A stretch of 27,337 nt of DNA, from positions 1 to 27,337 of the forward strand of contig JBFOMH010000039.1 in assembly GCA_040830765.1 (NCBI GenBank). Reading direction: 5' to 3'. A program made the position numbers and the translations under genes. This DNA comes from Puniceicoccaceae bacterium. GTDB taxonomy: Bacteria > Verrucomicrobiota > Verrucomicrobiia > Opitutales > Oceanipulchritudinaceae. The notes under the pieces were generated by a model. That model was not told the origin of the DNA, did not search any database, and saw nothing but the letters and a program-made list of their open reading frames with translations. Positions within the stretch are counted from its first letter, which is position 1, and every line of letters starts with the position of its first letter. This document shows positions 8,235 through 16,350 of the stretch, one piece after another.

Positions 8235-9527
8235 CTAGCGCCGCAGCCCGCCATTCTCTTCTAGTTTGACTAGATTCCTGAGGCGCTGCGGATAATCCTC
8301 CGGCATCCACCAGAGGATGGATACCTCCGTTGGCTCCAGCCCGCGCTGCTCCGGTTCTAGATCCGAGCGGATGGAGAGCAGCATGTCGGTACTGGCCCAG
8401 GGATGATTGAACCAGTAGCGGTGACCAGTAATGTCAAAGCCCCTTTCATCACGCCCCCGGGACATGTCGATGAATTCCAACCGGTCGGCGTTGAGGACGA
8501 TGTCCAACTGCTCGCCCTCCAGATTGTGGCCTAGTTGACCGATGCGCAGGGATCCGCGCATGATGAATTGGGCCGATTTCAAGGCTTCATCGTTGGAGGA
8601 AGCCGTGACAACGACCCGGTCGACAAGGTCGTTGATTCCTGGAAGGGCAGCGATGAATTCATTGCGGGGAACATCGGCCGCGGCATAATAGACCGTGCCC
8701 AGCCGGTAGGTTTCCCGGAGTTCCTCAGCCGACATATCGGCATGCCGTTTCCGGAGCTGGTCCAGTGCGGCGGTGACCAGACGTCCGCCGGCACTCCAGG
8801 TGAGGATATGGATGCGCCTTGCAGATGTCTCACTAGCCAGGCTTTCGACCAGGGAGACGAGGGCGTTAGCCGAGCGGTAGGCGCGATTGGCATCATCACC
8901 GACCGCGTAGGCGAAAATATTCTGGCGCGTTGGCCAGGAAAAGGCGATCGAGGTCATGTCCCGCCCCATGAAGTGGTCGAGTTGGGCGGCAAAGGCGCAG
9001 GCGTTGTAGAAGTTTACCTTGGCCCCGTGGACAAAGATGAGGATGTCCTTGTCCCGGGCTGTTTGCACGGCACTGTCAATATTTGAAAAAAGCCATGATG
9101 CGGCTCCCTGGGTCTGCCTGATGGAGCCCTCTTCGTTAATGGTATAATTGCCGGCCTCAAACAACCCGGTGATGGAAAGGGGAACGGTTTCTTCCCGCTG
9201 TCCCTGCCGGGAAACCTCGTTCAGGTCGTCCCAGGTCATCTGGTGGCCGCCAAACCCGATCATCGCCATGCCGACCGAAATTTCAGCGGACTCCTCATTG
9301 ATGTAGTCAATGCGTTGCAAGTTGCTGTTGCGGGCCCGAGTGGTTGCATAGTAGACCCGCCGCAGGTTCCAGCGATCATCGTCGGGAATGTGGTCCAGGG
9401 GGCCGAACTCCAGTTCCTGAAAGAGGATGGGGGTCGGCATGAGCGGTTCAACCTTTACGGTGCAGGAAGGAAAAAAGAGAAGGAGCAGAACGGCAGCAGA
9501 GAGGGGTATGGCTTTTGAAAACGTCAT
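8235..9527 (-). CDS. DUF900 alpha/beta hydrolase, probable lipoprotein
   Basis: Motifs VYYATTR, IFVHG, FSWP, nucleophile elbow ILTWSAGGR, AAADV, SSNDEAL and GHRYW. The signal peptide ends in a lipobox-like FPSC. Confidence 0.85.
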   Translation of the reverse strand: MTFSKAIPLSAAVLLLLFFPSCTVKVEPLMPTPILFQELEFGPLDHIPDDDRWNLRRVYYATTRARNSNLQRIDYINEESAEISVGMAMIGFGGHQMTWDDLNEVSRQGQREETVPLSITGLFEAGNYTINEEGSIRQTQGAASWLFSNIDSAVQTARDKDILIFVHGAKVNFYNACAFAAQLDHFMGRDMTSIAFSWPTRQNIFAYAVGDDANRAYRSANALVSLVESLASETSARRIHILTWSAGGRLVTAALDQLRKRHADMSAEELRETYRLGTVYYAAADVPRNEFIAALPGINDLVDRVVVTASSNDEALKSAQFIMRGSLRIGQLGHNLEGEQLDIVLNADRLEFIDMSRGRDERGFDITGHRYWFNHPWASTDMLLSIRSDLEPEQRGLEPTEVSILWWMPEDYPQRLRNLVKLEENGGLRR

Positions 9528-9556
9528 CGCTCTTCAGTGACAGACGATTAAATTGC

Positions 9557-10633
9557 TCAATTGGCCGGTTGCAACCGCCAATATTTTCCCTCCTCGGTCT
9601 CCACGGCTTCCAGAGAGGGACGCTCCTCAGCCCCAAGGCCCTTGTTAATCAGGTAATACAAGTCCTCAATGGTTTCCTTGTTGGCCTCGTAATAACCGTG
9701 TCCTTCAAATAGCGGGATGGCATCCGAGACATCAATGGTTTCCACCCCTTCAACCACGGGTACCCCCTTGCGGGAATCACCAAGCCGCGGATACTGATAG
9801 ACCGTTGCGGAGGCGAATAGGGGGAAGTCCTTCGAAGAAACATAAAGGGTCTTGCGGGAGGGCATGGTGGCAAGCTTGCCAGCGATATCGCGGATGAAAA
9901 TCTCCTGGTCGATGTCGGGCGCGACGAGGATAATCTCCCCGATGGACCAATCACCAGTGGACGAGGCAATCCGCTGCAGTTCATCAAGGGTTTCGAGGAG
10001 CGCCTTGTTTCCCATGCTGTGGGCGATGATGTGGATGGGCGATGAGGGATTGCTATTCTGCAGATTGACAATGAGTTGCTGCAGAACCGGTCGTGACCAA
10101 TTCAGGTTTTCCAAATCGGCAGCATAGCCCGAGACGGAGTTGGTCGAGGGCCAACTGAAGGTGATCACCGGCCCGGGGAATCCCAATTCATACCGCAGTT
10201 GGGCGGAAATAACAGCGGCCCGCTTGAAGCTTTTCTTGTATCCGTGGATATAGATCAAAACCGGAGGATGCGGGTTGTCGGGCGTCGCGTATCCAGCCAG
10301 TTGTTCGAGGAAGGCATCCTGCTCAAGATCGACAATCTGTTGAAGGGGCTGGCTCTCGATTAAGACCTCCTGCTGGAGCAAGCGATTTGGCTGGGCCTCG
10401 GCAAACGAGCTGAAGGTTTTGTCCGGGTCGACGGCAAGCATCGAGACTCCGAAGCGGACTTCGCCCCTTTCCCCACCGAATCGTTTGTCGGGTCGGGTCA
10501 GACCAGTGTCCTTCCGGGTAGTGACGTGGAACACTTCCTGATATAAGTATCCCTTGCCGGGGCTGAGGGGACTGGAGCAGCCTGCCAGAAGAAGGCTCCC
10601 TGCGAGGAACAGAATGACTGGCCAAAAGCGCAT
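9557..10633 (-). CDS. DUF900 alpha/beta hydrolase lipoprotein
   Basis: Lipobox LAGC. Motifs IYIHGY, FSWPS, IIAHSMG, LVAPDID, YVSSKD.PL, RLG and GHGYY. Confidence 0.9.
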   Translation of the reverse strand: MRFWPVILFLAGSLLLAGCSSPLSPGKGYLYQEVFHVTTRKDTGLTRPDKRFGGERGEVRFGVSMLAVDPDKTFSSFAEAQPNRLLQQEVLIESQPLQQIVDLEQDAFLEQLAGYATPDNPHPPVLIYIHGYKKSFKRAAVISAQLRYELGFPGPVITFSWPSTNSVSGYAADLENLNWSRPVLQQLIVNLQNSNPSSPIHIIAHSMGNKALLETLDELQRIASSTGDWSIGEIILVAPDIDQEIFIRDIAGKLATMPSRKTLYVSSKDFPLFASATVYQYPRLGDSRKGVPVVEGVETIDVSDAIPLFEGHGYYEANKETIEDLYYLINKGLGAEERPSLEAVETEEGKYWRLQPAN

Positions 10634-10634
10634 T

Positions 10635-12314
10635 CTACTGGTTCTGCGTAACCTCGGTCAGGACGTTTCCACTGGCTCCGGACGGTGGTTTGGTCTCAAG
10701 GAAGGCGGCTATGGTCCGGGCTACATCGACGGTATGAACGCTGCAGTCTATCGTGGCCGGGGCAAGATCCAGTCCGGCAAAGATAATCGGGACATGGGTA
10801 TCATAGCGCCAGGGTGAGCCATGGGTGGATGCCACCGTCAAGCCATCGAAGTCATTAATGAAGGCATGTGGCTCAAAGACGATGAAGATGTCGCCCGACC
10901 GGCGCAGGTGGTGGTTTCTCAGGATGGCCCGGGTGACGAGGGTGTCCGGAAGGTCGCCTTCGATGATGGCCTCACTAGTGGCGGCCATGGCTATTCCGTC
11001 AAACTTCATCAACTCCATGGCAACCGCCTCCTGGACATCGGCCAGGTCGAGCCCGTTTTCCTCGATTGCTTCATGGTTAAGGTAAAGGTAGGGGTGGAAG
11101 TACTCCGTTATCAATTCCTCCCCGATACCAAATTGCTCCTTCAGCCGCTCAATGCCCGCTTCCCTGTCCCAGGTTTCCGGTTCCATGTAGCGGGCCTCGA
11201 TGCCCATGGTATTGAGGTAGCCCGGGACTTCCGGCCCGCCATGATCGGCGGAAAGGACAACGAGGGTGTTTTCAAGACCAACCTGCTCATCAACAAAGCT
11301 TAACAGGTCGGCAATATATCGGTCCAAATGGAGCAGGTTGTCCTCCATCTCGAGGCTCGAGGGACCAAATATGTGACCCACATAGTCGGTTGAGGAGAAG
11401 CTGACGGCGAGGTAATCGGTCACGGCATCCGCCCCAATTTGCTCCTTCTCAATCAGGGTTTTGGCAAAGTCGAGCGTCAGCTCATCCCCGGCCGGGCTGA
11501 GGGTCAGCAGGGTGGTGAAGTACTTGCCATCCATCGGTCCGAACGGGTGGGGGAAGGTCCGGCCGTAGCCGGGAAAGTCGGTCTCCCACTCGGCGTCGTC
11601 CATGTCACCATAGAGGTAGGTGGACTGGTCATGCAGGAGTTCCCATGAGGCGCTGTCGTATTTGGCAATCGGCTGTGTGGCATTCCACGCCGTGACCCAT
11701 TCCGGGTAGCTGTCGTAATAAAAGGTCGAGGTGACGAAATCACCGCTTTGCTTGGAAAACCAGAAAGCCTTGCCGGAATGTCCGGCCATGGCCACGGCTC
11801 CACGGTCCTTGACGGACACCCCGAAGACCTTGGCCTGTCCGGCGGTGTGGATGGAAATCTCATCGGCGATAGTCGTTACTTCAATATTGGCGGGTGAGCG
11901 ACCGGTAACTTTGGCCGCCCGCTGGGTGGGATCGATCTCCGTTTCCTGATCCACCCCGGCTCCGGCGGTCAACAGCTCGTAGCGGGCGTCCTCGATGTTG
12001 TAGACCAGCCGCCCAAGGCCGCGGTCGTACCAGACATTCCCCACCATGCCGTGGGCGGCAGGATCGGCACCGGTGGACAGCGTAACGTGGCCGACAATGG
12101 TCTCCGTATTGGCATGGGCATGGTGGGCGTCGCGGTAGACAATGCCTTCCCGGTAGAGCCAGGCAAAGCCATCATCCCCCATGCGATCCATGAAACGCGT
12201 TGGAAGGTCCGCTCGAAGCTGATCGACCGTAATCTGCAGGACCAGTTTTGGCTGGGCCGAAAGGGGCAGGGTGAACAAAACCCCAGCTAGGGAGAAGAGA
12301 AGTTTTTTCATCAT
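10635..12314 (-). CDS. pafA: Alkaline phosphatase, PafA/PhoK type (Thr nucleophile)
   Basis: Signal peptide MMKKLLFSLAGVLFTLPLSA. Motifs VDQLR, TETIVGH..STG, GN.WY, SVKDRGA, STDYVGH.FGP, SADHG and THGSPW.YDTHVP. The ORF-track start at 12584 overlaps the sulfatase and its terminator, so it was rejected. Confidence 0.9.
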   Translation of the reverse strand: MMKKLLFSLAGVLFTLPLSAQPKLVLQITVDQLRADLPTRFMDRMGDDGFAWLYREGIVYRDAHHAHANTETIVGHVTLSTGADPAAHGMVGNVWYDRGLGRLVYNIEDARYELLTAGAGVDQETEIDPTQRAAKVTGRSPANIEVTTIADEISIHTAGQAKVFGVSVKDRGAVAMAGHSGKAFWFSKQSGDFVTSTFYYDSYPEWVTAWNATQPIAKYDSASWELLHDQSTYLYGDMDDAEWETDFPGYGRTFPHPFGPMDGKYFTTLLTLSPAGDELTLDFAKTLIEKEQIGADAVTDYLAVSFSSTDYVGHIFGPSSLEMEDNLLHLDRYIADLLSFVDEQVGLENTLVVLSADHGGPEVPGYLNTMGIEARYMEPETWDREAGIERLKEQFGIGEELITEYFHPYLYLNHEAIEENGLDLADVQEAVAMELMKFDGIAMAATSEAIIEGDLPDTLVTRAILRNHHLRRSGDIFIVFEPHAFINDFDGLTVASTHGSPWRYDTHVPIIFAGLDLAPATIDCSVHTVDVARTIAAFLETKPPSGASGNVLTEVTQNQ

Positions 12315-12333
12315 GAGTAGCCTTGTTGGAATT

Positions 12334-12362
12334 ATTTTGGGATGGGCATCAGGAGTTGGCAA
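12334..12362 (-). promoter_or_regulatory. Putative sigma70 promoter of phosphatase-DUF900-DUF900 unit
   Basis: Minus strand TTGCCA-17 nt-CAAAAT, just downstream of the sulfatase terminator and ending 19 nt before ATG 12314. Confidence 0.55.
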
Positions 12363-12370
12363 GCAGGGAT

Positions 12371-12397
12371 AAAAAAAGGGGTGCCGAAGCACCCCTT
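12371..12397 (-). terminator. Rho-independent terminator of sulfatase 1
   Basis: Minus strand AAGGGGTGC-TTCG-GCACCCC-TTTTTTT: a perfect stem, a C(UUCG)G tetraloop and a 7-U tail. Confidence 0.92.
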
Positions 12398-12427
12398 GGA
12401 AAATTGACGATTGCAATTCAACCGCTA

Positions 12428-14005
12428 TCAGCGCGCGCCCGCTGGCTCTGTCAGCTGTTCCATGACTTGGTCCAGCGAGAAACTGGCGGCCTTTTGGCGC
12501 GGCGGATATTCCGCAAAGGTCTTGAGGAAGCTGCCCACATAGGCTTGGGCGGGGACAAGCAGATAAACCCGATCGATCAACCAATCGTAGTAGGTGTTGG
12601 AGGTAATCTGGGCCCGCTCATAGGGGTCCCGGCGCAGGTTGAAGATCAGTGGTACACGTAGTGGTACAAACGGTTCCGCCCATGCTTGGAGCGTGGCCTC
12701 AACGCGCTGTTCCATAAAGATGATCTTCCAGTCCAGGTAACGCAGTGCGGTCAGATCGCCATCATCGGAGAAGTAGAAGATTTCATTCCGCGGACTTGCC
12801 ACATTGGCTGGATCCTTGAGGTGGTCCATCAAGTTGTAACCGTCCAAGTGAATTTTGTAGTCACGACCGAGGGCGGAAGAGGTGTAACCGTCCAAAAGGT
12901 CCTCCTTGATGTCATTCTTGCCGGCGGCAGCAACAAAGGTCGGCAACCAGTCCATATGGTGGACAATGCCATTGCTGATGGAGCCGGGCTGGACTACTCC
13001 CGGCCAGCGAACCGCACAAGGAACGCGCCATCCGCCTTCCCAGTTGGTGTTCTTTTCACCACGGAAGGGAGTAGCGGCGGCATCTGGCCATGTGTTGTAG
13101 TGAGGTCCGTTGTCGGTCGAGTAGTGGACAATTGTGTTGTCCGCGATACCGAGGCGATCGAGGGCATCGAGGAACTGGCCAATGTGCATGTCGTGCTCCA
13201 GCATGCCAGCGGTATATTCATCGGCATTCGGATAGATCGCCTTCATTTGGGCCATGCGCTCTTCGCTGACGTGGGTCCGGAAGTGCATCCGGGTGCCGCT
13301 CCACCAGACAAACCATGGCTTGCCGGCGGCCTCGGCCCGTTCGATGAAATCGATGGCTGCAGCCAGTGTCTCATCATCGACGGTTTCCATGCGCTTTTTT
13401 GTCAGTGGGCCGGTGTCCTCGATTTGGCCATCTGCGGTTGATTTGATAACTCCGCGAGGACCAAACGCTTCCAGGAAGGTGCGCCCATCAGGCAGGATGT
13501 AATCACGGGGATAGTCTTCGTTTTCCGGCTCTTCCTCAGCATTGAGGTGGTAGAGGTTCCCAAAAAATTCATCGAATCCGTGATTGGTGGGAAGGTGCTC
13601 ATCCCGGTCACCGAGGTGGTTCTTGCCAAACTGGCCGGTCATGTAGCCCTGATCCTTCAAAAGGACGGCGATGGTCGGGTCTTCTTCCTGCATGCCTTCC
13701 TTGGCGCCCGGAAGGCCAACCTTGGAGAGACCGGTGCGGAAAACGCTTTGGCCCATGATGAAAGAGGAGCGACCGGCGGTGCAGGACTGTTCGCCATAAT
13801 AGTCGGTGAAAAGGATGCCTTCGCGGGCAATCCGGTCGATATTGGGGGTTTGATAACCCATCATGCCCATGGTATAGGCACTGATATTGGAGCGGCCGAC
13901 GTCATCGCCCCAGATCACGAGGATATTGGGCTTGTCGTCCGCCATTGCCGGCAGGGCAAGGAGTAGACTGCCGCAGAGAGCGGCCAGTTTCTTGGTATTC
14001 ATCAT
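12428..14005 (-). CDS. Arylsulfatase (formylglycine-dependent, Cys type), exported, paralog 1
   Basis: Signal peptide, then KPNILVIWGDDVG, TPNIDRIA, SCTAGRSSFIMG (CxAxR), GKNHLG, HGFDEF, STDNG and KNTNWEGGWRVP. Confidence 0.95.
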   Translation of the reverse strand: MMNTKKLAALCGSLLLALPAMADDKPNILVIWGDDVGRSNISAYTMGMMGYQTPNIDRIAREGILFTDYYGEQSCTAGRSSFIMGQSVFRTGLSKVGLPGAKEGMQEEDPTIAVLLKDQGYMTGQFGKNHLGDRDEHLPTNHGFDEFFGNLYHLNAEEEPENEDYPRDYILPDGRTFLEAFGPRGVIKSTADGQIEDTGPLTKKRMETVDDETLAAAIDFIERAEAAGKPWFVWWSGTRMHFRTHVSEERMAQMKAIYPNADEYTAGMLEHDMHIGQFLDALDRLGIADNTIVHYSTDNGPHYNTWPDAAATPFRGEKNTNWEGGWRVPCAVRWPGVVQPGSISNGIVHHMDWLPTFVAAAGKNDIKEDLLDGYTSSALGRDYKIHLDGYNLMDHLKDPANVASPRNEIFYFSDDGDLTALRYLDWKIIFMEQRVEATLQAWAEPFVPLRVPLIFNLRRDPYERAQITSNTYYDWLIDRVYLLVPAQAYVGSFLKTFAEYPPRQKAASFSLDQVMEQLTEPAGAR

Positions 14006-14054
14006 AACTAACGGTATTTGATTTACGGTTTGTGATTTGTCTTGGGGTGCTGCG

Positions 14055-14082
14055 AAAGTACCTTCCTTCGAAAGGGTGTCAA
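14055..14082 (-). promoter_or_regulatory. Putative sigma70 promoter of sulfatase 1
   Basis: Minus strand TTGACA-16 nt-TACTTT. Confidence 0.55.
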
Positions 14083-14155
14083 GGGGGTAGGCAATATACC
14101 GTTGGCGCCCTCCGGGCGAAGGGAATTGACTTCAGGACACCTTCCCATACCTAAA

Positions 14156-15262
14156 ATGCTTATGCATTTCCGAAAGGCCACTACCCTCGGTTTACTCCCC
14201 GTTTGCCTGCTGCTGACCTGCCTCCCGGCCGCCGGCCAGGTGTTTTCCGAGCTGTTCTCACGTTCCGAAACTGAAGAGGAGGAGAAGTGGGATTGGATCA
14301 CACTGGATACCGGTGAGACCCTTAAAGGTGAGCTCCGGGTAATGTATGACGAGGAAGTGGAATTCGACAGCGACCACTTCGGAATTATCACCATTGACTG
14401 GGACGACATTGCGGAAATCCGCACTTCGCGGCCCCAGCAGGTCCGGACCAACCAACGCACCAGCCATGTCGGCAAGCTGGTGATGGAGGGGGATACGGTG
14501 CGGCTTTCCCTAGGTGAGCAATCAATGGAGTTGAGGCGTGGTGAGATTGTCAGCATTGCCGCCGGGCAGCCCAAGGAGTCCAATTACTGGACGGTCAAGG
14601 GCTCGGCCGGGGCGAATGTCCGCAGCGGTAATGTTGAACAGACGGATTTCAACGTCCGGGCAACGGTGCAGCGGCGGACGGCTGTTACCCGTTTCTACTG
14701 GGATTATTCGGGGAACTACAGCCAGTCCGAAGACATTGAGATCGCCAACAACCACCGGACAAACTCCTACTTTGATTACTTCTTTTCCAAGCGGTTTTTC
14801 GTGCGGGGACTCAGCGTCGAGTACTACCGGGACCCCTTTCTCAATATCGCCCACCGGCAGACCTACAGTTCTTCCCTCGGGTACACCCTCATCGACAGGA
14901 AGAAATTGACCGTCGATGTCACGGGTGGTCCCTCATGGCAAAATGTCGAGTACAAGAATGTCGAGCCGGGCACACCGGGATCAGAGGAGTCCTTCGGGGC
15001 CATCTTTTCCACGACGGTAGATTGGGAAATAACCGGCTGGATGGACTTCATCGGCAACTACCGTGCCCAATGGGCATCCGCTGATGCCGGAGGCCTAAGT
15101 ACTTTGGCCGATTCGACGATTGAGATAGAAATGACCAAGAACATCGACTTGAACTTTTCCTTCATCTGGGAACGGATTTCCGATCCAGTAGCCGACGACG
15201 AGGGCAATGTTCCTCAACAGGATGACTTCAGGCTGATTTTCGGGCTGGGATTTGATATCTAA
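14156..15262 (+). CDS. DUF481 (YdiY-like) outer-membrane beta-barrel with N-terminal periplasmic domain
   Basis: Signal peptide, then a DWITLDTGETLKGE small beta domain. The barrel starts GANVRSGNVEQTD, has alternating beta strands and ends LIFGLGFDI. The start is ATG 14156 or 14162. Confidence 0.82.
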   Translation: MLMHFRKATTLGLLPVCLLLTCLPAAGQVFSELFSRSETEEEEKWDWITLDTGETLKGELRVMYDEEVEFDSDHFGIITIDWDDIAEIRTSRPQQVRTNQRTSHVGKLVMEGDTVRLSLGEQSMELRRGEIVSIAAGQPKESNYWTVKGSAGANVRSGNVEQTDFNVRATVQRRTAVTRFYWDYSGNYSQSEDIEIANNHRTNSYFDYFFSKRFFVRGLSVEYYRDPFLNIAHRQTYSSSLGYTLIDRKKLTVDVTGGPSWQNVEYKNVEPGTPGSEESFGAIFSTTVDWEITGWMDFIGNYRAQWASADAGGLSTLADSTIEIEMTKNIDLNFSFIWERISDPVADDEGNVPQQDDFRLIFGLGFDI

Positions 15263-16294
15263 TCAGATCACCACAATCAGCGTCAGCAGTGCGTAGACCA
15301 GTGGATAAATCCAGCGCATGTGTCGGTCGATACCCAGCGACAACGCATGTTTCTCGATTTTGGCCAGCCGGGCGGTGAGAATGGATTCCCCAAGCGCGAT
15401 AAAGACCAGGAGCGATGTTCCAATGGCATAGATGTCGATATTGGTCAGGTAGGAGATCCGCGGCAGGAGCTCTGAGAGACTGAGCTGGAAGGCTATCAGG
15501 GTAATGACGGAAGAGGTGGAGATGGCGACCTGTCCCCCGAAATTTGCCGGATCAATCCAGAACACGGTCCAGGCCATGAAGGCAATGAGGCCCAGCGGGA
15601 AAAAGACCTTCCAGATGTAGAAGGCGGGCTTGCGTTTCAGTTCAATGTCGAATTGCAGCCCCGCCAGCTTGAAAGCCTGCTCATTCGGCCGTGCCACCGG
15701 ACGGGAAATAGTGGAGGCCTCAAAGTTCCTGAAGCTCCAACCGCGAAGGGAAAAATCGCCCAGGTGTCCGGATCGCTCCCGGTCAAGGATCAGGTTCAAT
15801 TCCTCGTCGCTGTAAATGGAAGACACATAGACCAGATCGATAACCTGGCTATCGAACGGGAACTGGCGCAAATCGAGTGGGGCGGTGAAGGTATGGATGC
15901 CGCGCTGGCGGAAGGTGACATTGCCGGCCGAATCAATGTTGAGGAGGGCATCCTTTAATTGGGAATCCCGCTGATAGATGCTGACCAGATGGGGATGCCA
16001 GATGTCCTCAATAGTCAGGTCCATCTTGACCCGGGGATCGTCATACTGGTCGTCGGCCAAGCGGGGGTCCTGCCATCGCTGGGTGAAGAAAAAGTCCATC
16101 GTGATGGTGCCTTCGACATCATCGATGTCGATGATGTCCACCAGGAAGCTGTTGATGGTAACCGTGGTGGGCTCGTCGCTGTTGCCCGGACGGATGTGCC
16201 GTTCGAGATCCATGGTGGCTTTTACCGCCTCATCTTCCGCCAATACGCAGGTCACGATGAGGAGTCCCAGGATGCAGGAGAGTGCGGTTCGCAT
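15263..16294 (-). CDS. Prokaryotic pentameric ligand-gated ion channel (GLIC/ELIC, Pro-loop family)
   Basis: Signal peptide, then W.DPRL, IWHP, Pro-loop DLRQFPFDSQ and pre-M1 LKRK. M1 is FYIWKVFFPL...VFWI, the M2-M3 loop is LPRISYLT, and four TM helices are present. Confidence 0.92.
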   Translation of the reverse strand: MRTALSCILGLLIVTCVLAEDEAVKATMDLERHIRPGNSDEPTTVTINSFLVDIIDIDDVEGTITMDFFFTQRWQDPRLADDQYDDPRVKMDLTIEDIWHPHLVSIYQRDSQLKDALLNIDSAGNVTFRQRGIHTFTAPLDLRQFPFDSQVIDLVYVSSIYSDEELNLILDRERSGHLGDFSLRGWSFRNFEASTISRPVARPNEQAFKLAGLQFDIELKRKPAFYIWKVFFPLGLIAFMAWTVFWIDPANFGGQVAISTSSVITLIAFQLSLSELLPRISYLTNIDIYAIGTSLLVFIALGESILTARLAKIEKHALSLGIDRHMRWIYPLVYALLTLIVVI

Positions 16295-16300
16295 GCCATC

Positions 16301-16328
16301 AAGCTAAGGTAGGCACAGACCGGGGCAA
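16301..16328 (-). promoter_or_regulatory. Putative sigma70 promoter of the ion channel gene (possibly leaderless)
   Basis: Minus strand TTGCCC-16 nt-TAGCTT, then 6 nt, then ATG 16294. Confidence 0.5.
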
Positions 16329-16350
16329 GAATTTTACGGACGGCAGTCCG

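Noticed and set aside
12315..12584. N-terminal extension of the phosphatase ORF to 649 aa
   Set aside because: It overlaps the sulfatase 3' end and crosses a terminator and promoter. The signal peptide begins at ATG 12314.
14042..14155. N-terminal extension of DUF481, and small hairpins containing CGAAAG as a possible riboswitch
   Set aside because: The region holds divergent promoter elements. The stems are short with G-U pairs and I could not match them to any riboswitch consensus; an Rfam/Infernal scan would settle it.
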